Origin: Raphidiopsis brookii D9
Lineage (GTDB): Bacteria > Cyanobacteriota > Cyanobacteriia > Cyanobacteriales > Nostocaceae
DNA: 15,071 nucleotides
Direction of reading: 5' to 3'
Assembly (NCBI GenBank): GCA_000175855.1
Contig: ACYB01000044.1
Coordinates: 1-15,071, forward strand
Shown: in pieces, positions 13,835 to 15,071 of the stretch
How the letters are laid out: each line of letters opens with the position of its first letter
Position numbering within the stretch: the first letter of the stretch is position 1
Position numbers and translations under genes: made by a program
Notes under the pieces: generated by a model
Told to the model about the DNA's origin: nothing
What the model saw: only the letters and a program-made list of their open reading frames with translations
Database searches by the model: none

Positions 13835-15071
13835 CTAAAAATGAACGTAGGTGGTTGAAGGTTTAGTTTCGCGTGATAGGCGTTTCACACCTTGCTTGAC
13901 AAATGTTTCCAATAGTAACAGGGTCTGATTTTCTTGGAATACCCTTTGCAGGACTCCACCTAGTGTTTCCATATTTAACTGACGGTCACTTGTCAAAGCT
14001 ATATCTTGCTGTTCAAAGTACTCGATTAAACTTAAACCAGCTATTCTAGTTAAATAGGCCGCACTGACACCTTCTACCATTCCCCCAGCGAAAAAAGTGA
14101 CAGCATTGGTTTTTAAAACACCCGTTACCGCTTTGGTAGACAATTCTACCAATCCCAACTTGAACATTAAGTTTGCCAGGGTTCTAGCCACCTTTTGAGC
14201 TTGGTCAAGGGAGATTTTTTGTAGATAGATATTACTCAAATCCATAACCATTTGACCGGTAATGGCCACAGTTGCTAATATATCCAAAGCGGGTAGGGGA
14301 TTAGCAAATGCAGCAGCACCAGCGATCCACTGATTTTGTTCTACAATAGGTAAGGAGCGATCGCGTCTAATAGAATTCAAGCAACTTCTAGCTTGGGTTT
14401 TTAAAAATAGGGACTTGCGCCATGTGGTTGCACAAACCAACTGTGGTATTTGTTGTGCCAAAATAACCGTGAGCTGTTCTACTAACTGTTGAATATTGGG
14501 TGTTGGTTGTTCCATCCCCTCTTGAATGGATCCATCAGCAAGATGCTTTCTGACTTTTATGGGTAGGGGAGAAGCAGAAGTAGCAAGCACATGACCAGGG
14601 AATGTTTGTTGTAGGGATTGCAGAATAATTATGCGTTCCTCCGTCATATACTGGTCTTGCTTATTGAAAACTAGTAGGACTAATTGTTGAGTAGATCGTA
14701 ATTTTTGTAAAACGTCTAGTTGGGATGCGGTAAGGTCTCCATTAGTGATAAATAACACCAAATCAGATTTTTGTAATGTTAACAAAATAGCAGGATCATC
14801 ATCCTGACTGAGCCTTGTAAATAAAGGTAATGTTTCCACCAACTCCCAGGGGTTAGCAGATAAATTAGATACTGTTTTGAGAAGTCGAATTATGGTACTT
14901 TTGCCTACAGACTTACCACCGGTAACCGCGATTTGCACTTCCTTTCTATCTAGTTCCAAAGTCAATTTAGCCAGTTGTTCTTGTAGAATTGACAGACTTG
15001 GGTGATTAACCACCTCATTTGCGATTTGGTGAATAATAGATTGGGCTTGACTGATAACAGCTTCCACTCTA
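13835..15071 (-). CDS. P-loop GTPase-like protein with a DUF697/YcjF-type C-terminal membrane-associated region. Its 5' end lies outside the window.
   Basis: The frame is open to the window edge, and the tracked GTG at 15067 is probably not the true start. G1 is GGKSVGKST (nt 14894-14920) and G4 is NKQD (nt 14654-14665). The C-terminal half (AAAFANPLPALDILATVAITGQMVMDLSNIY...LTRIAGLSLIEYF) resembles DUF697. The gene ends 66 nt upstream of sufE on the same strand. Confidence 0.85.
   Translation of the reverse strand, partial: RVEAVISQAQSIIHQIANEVVNHPSLSILQEQLAKLTLELDRKEVQIAVTGGKSVGKSTIIRLLKTVSNLSANPWELVETLPLFTRLSQDDDPAILLTLQKSDLVLFITNGDLTASQLDVLQKLRSTQQLVLLVFNKQDQYMTEERIIILQSLQQTFPGHVLATSASPLPIKVRKHLADGSIQEGMEQPTPNIQQLVEQLTVILAQQIPQLVCATTWRKSLFLKTQARSCLNSIRRDRSLPIVEQNQWIAGAAAFANPLPALDILATVAITGQMVMDLSNIYLQKISLDQAQKVARTLANLMFKLGLVELSTKAVTGVLKTNAVTFFAGGMVEGVSAAYLTRIAGLSLIEYFEQQDIALTSDRQLNMETLGGVLQRVFQENQTLLLLETFVKQGVKRLSRETKPSTTYVHF
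14357..14364. repeat. HIP1 palindrome GCGATCGC.
   Basis: Exact 8-mer, inside the GTPase/DUF697 CDS. Confidence 0.9.

Noticed and set aside
1-15071. Search for CRISPR repeats, tRNA/rRNA genes, STRR heptamer arrays, IS elements/transposases, integrases, toxin-antitoxin pairs or known defence genes.
   Set aside because: I saw none: no regularly spaced direct repeats, no tRNA-like T-arm motifs in intergenic regions, and no ORF with transposase, integrase or nuclease hallmarks. The only TA-related trace is the antitoxin-like fragment at 407-532.

Overview
This is an AT-rich cyanobacterial chromosomal window. The evidence for that is five perfect HIP1 palindromes (GCGATCGC) and a gene set typical of cyanobacteria and plastid-lineage genomes; a filamentous or Nostocales-type host is only an inference. 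I support 14 intact-looking protein genes, one split (frameshifted) gene, and several stem-loops at gene ends.

Gene order, left to right:
- a mosaic GUN4-fragment ORF (-)
- a frameshifted secreted 4-Cys protein (+)
- a twin PRC-barrel protein with an acidic tail (-)
- an NAD(P)-binding Rossmann protein with an inserted CIA30 domain (-)
- a HugZ/PNPOx-like FMN-binding-fold protein (+)
- an alpha/beta-hydrolase-fold protein (+)
- a DUF3386-like protein (-)
- a GAF-like/LuxR regulator (+)
- a fused PabA-PabB aminodeoxychorismate synthase (-)
- a GT4 glycosyltransferase (-)
- lepA (-)
- a small RHH-like protein (+)
- Nfu (+)
- SufE (-)
- a 5'-truncated P-loop GTPase with a DUF697-type C-terminal region (-)

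I found no rRNA or tRNA, no CRISPR array, no transposase or integrase, and no recognisable defence island or biosynthetic cluster. Most of the window looks like conserved core genome, and I cannot honestly point to a clear-cut novel system.

The leads most worth follow-up are:
1. The alpha/beta hydrolase, which by eye lacks the canonical catalytic His and Asp. It sits in a HugZ-like / DUF3386 neighbourhood.
2. The decayed or mosaic left 1.2 kb, which holds the antitoxin-fragment + truncated-GUN4 ORF and a gene split at an A8 tract.
3. A 305-bp lepA-GT4 spacer with a perfect TATAAT and a nested hairpin plus T-run oriented on the strand opposite both flanking genes. This is a candidate sRNA.
4. 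An Fe-S themed convergent pair (RHH-Nfu facing SufE and a GTPase with a degenerate G3 motif), with operator-like palindromes upstream of the RHH gene.

All domain calls come from reading motifs by eye. No searches were run.
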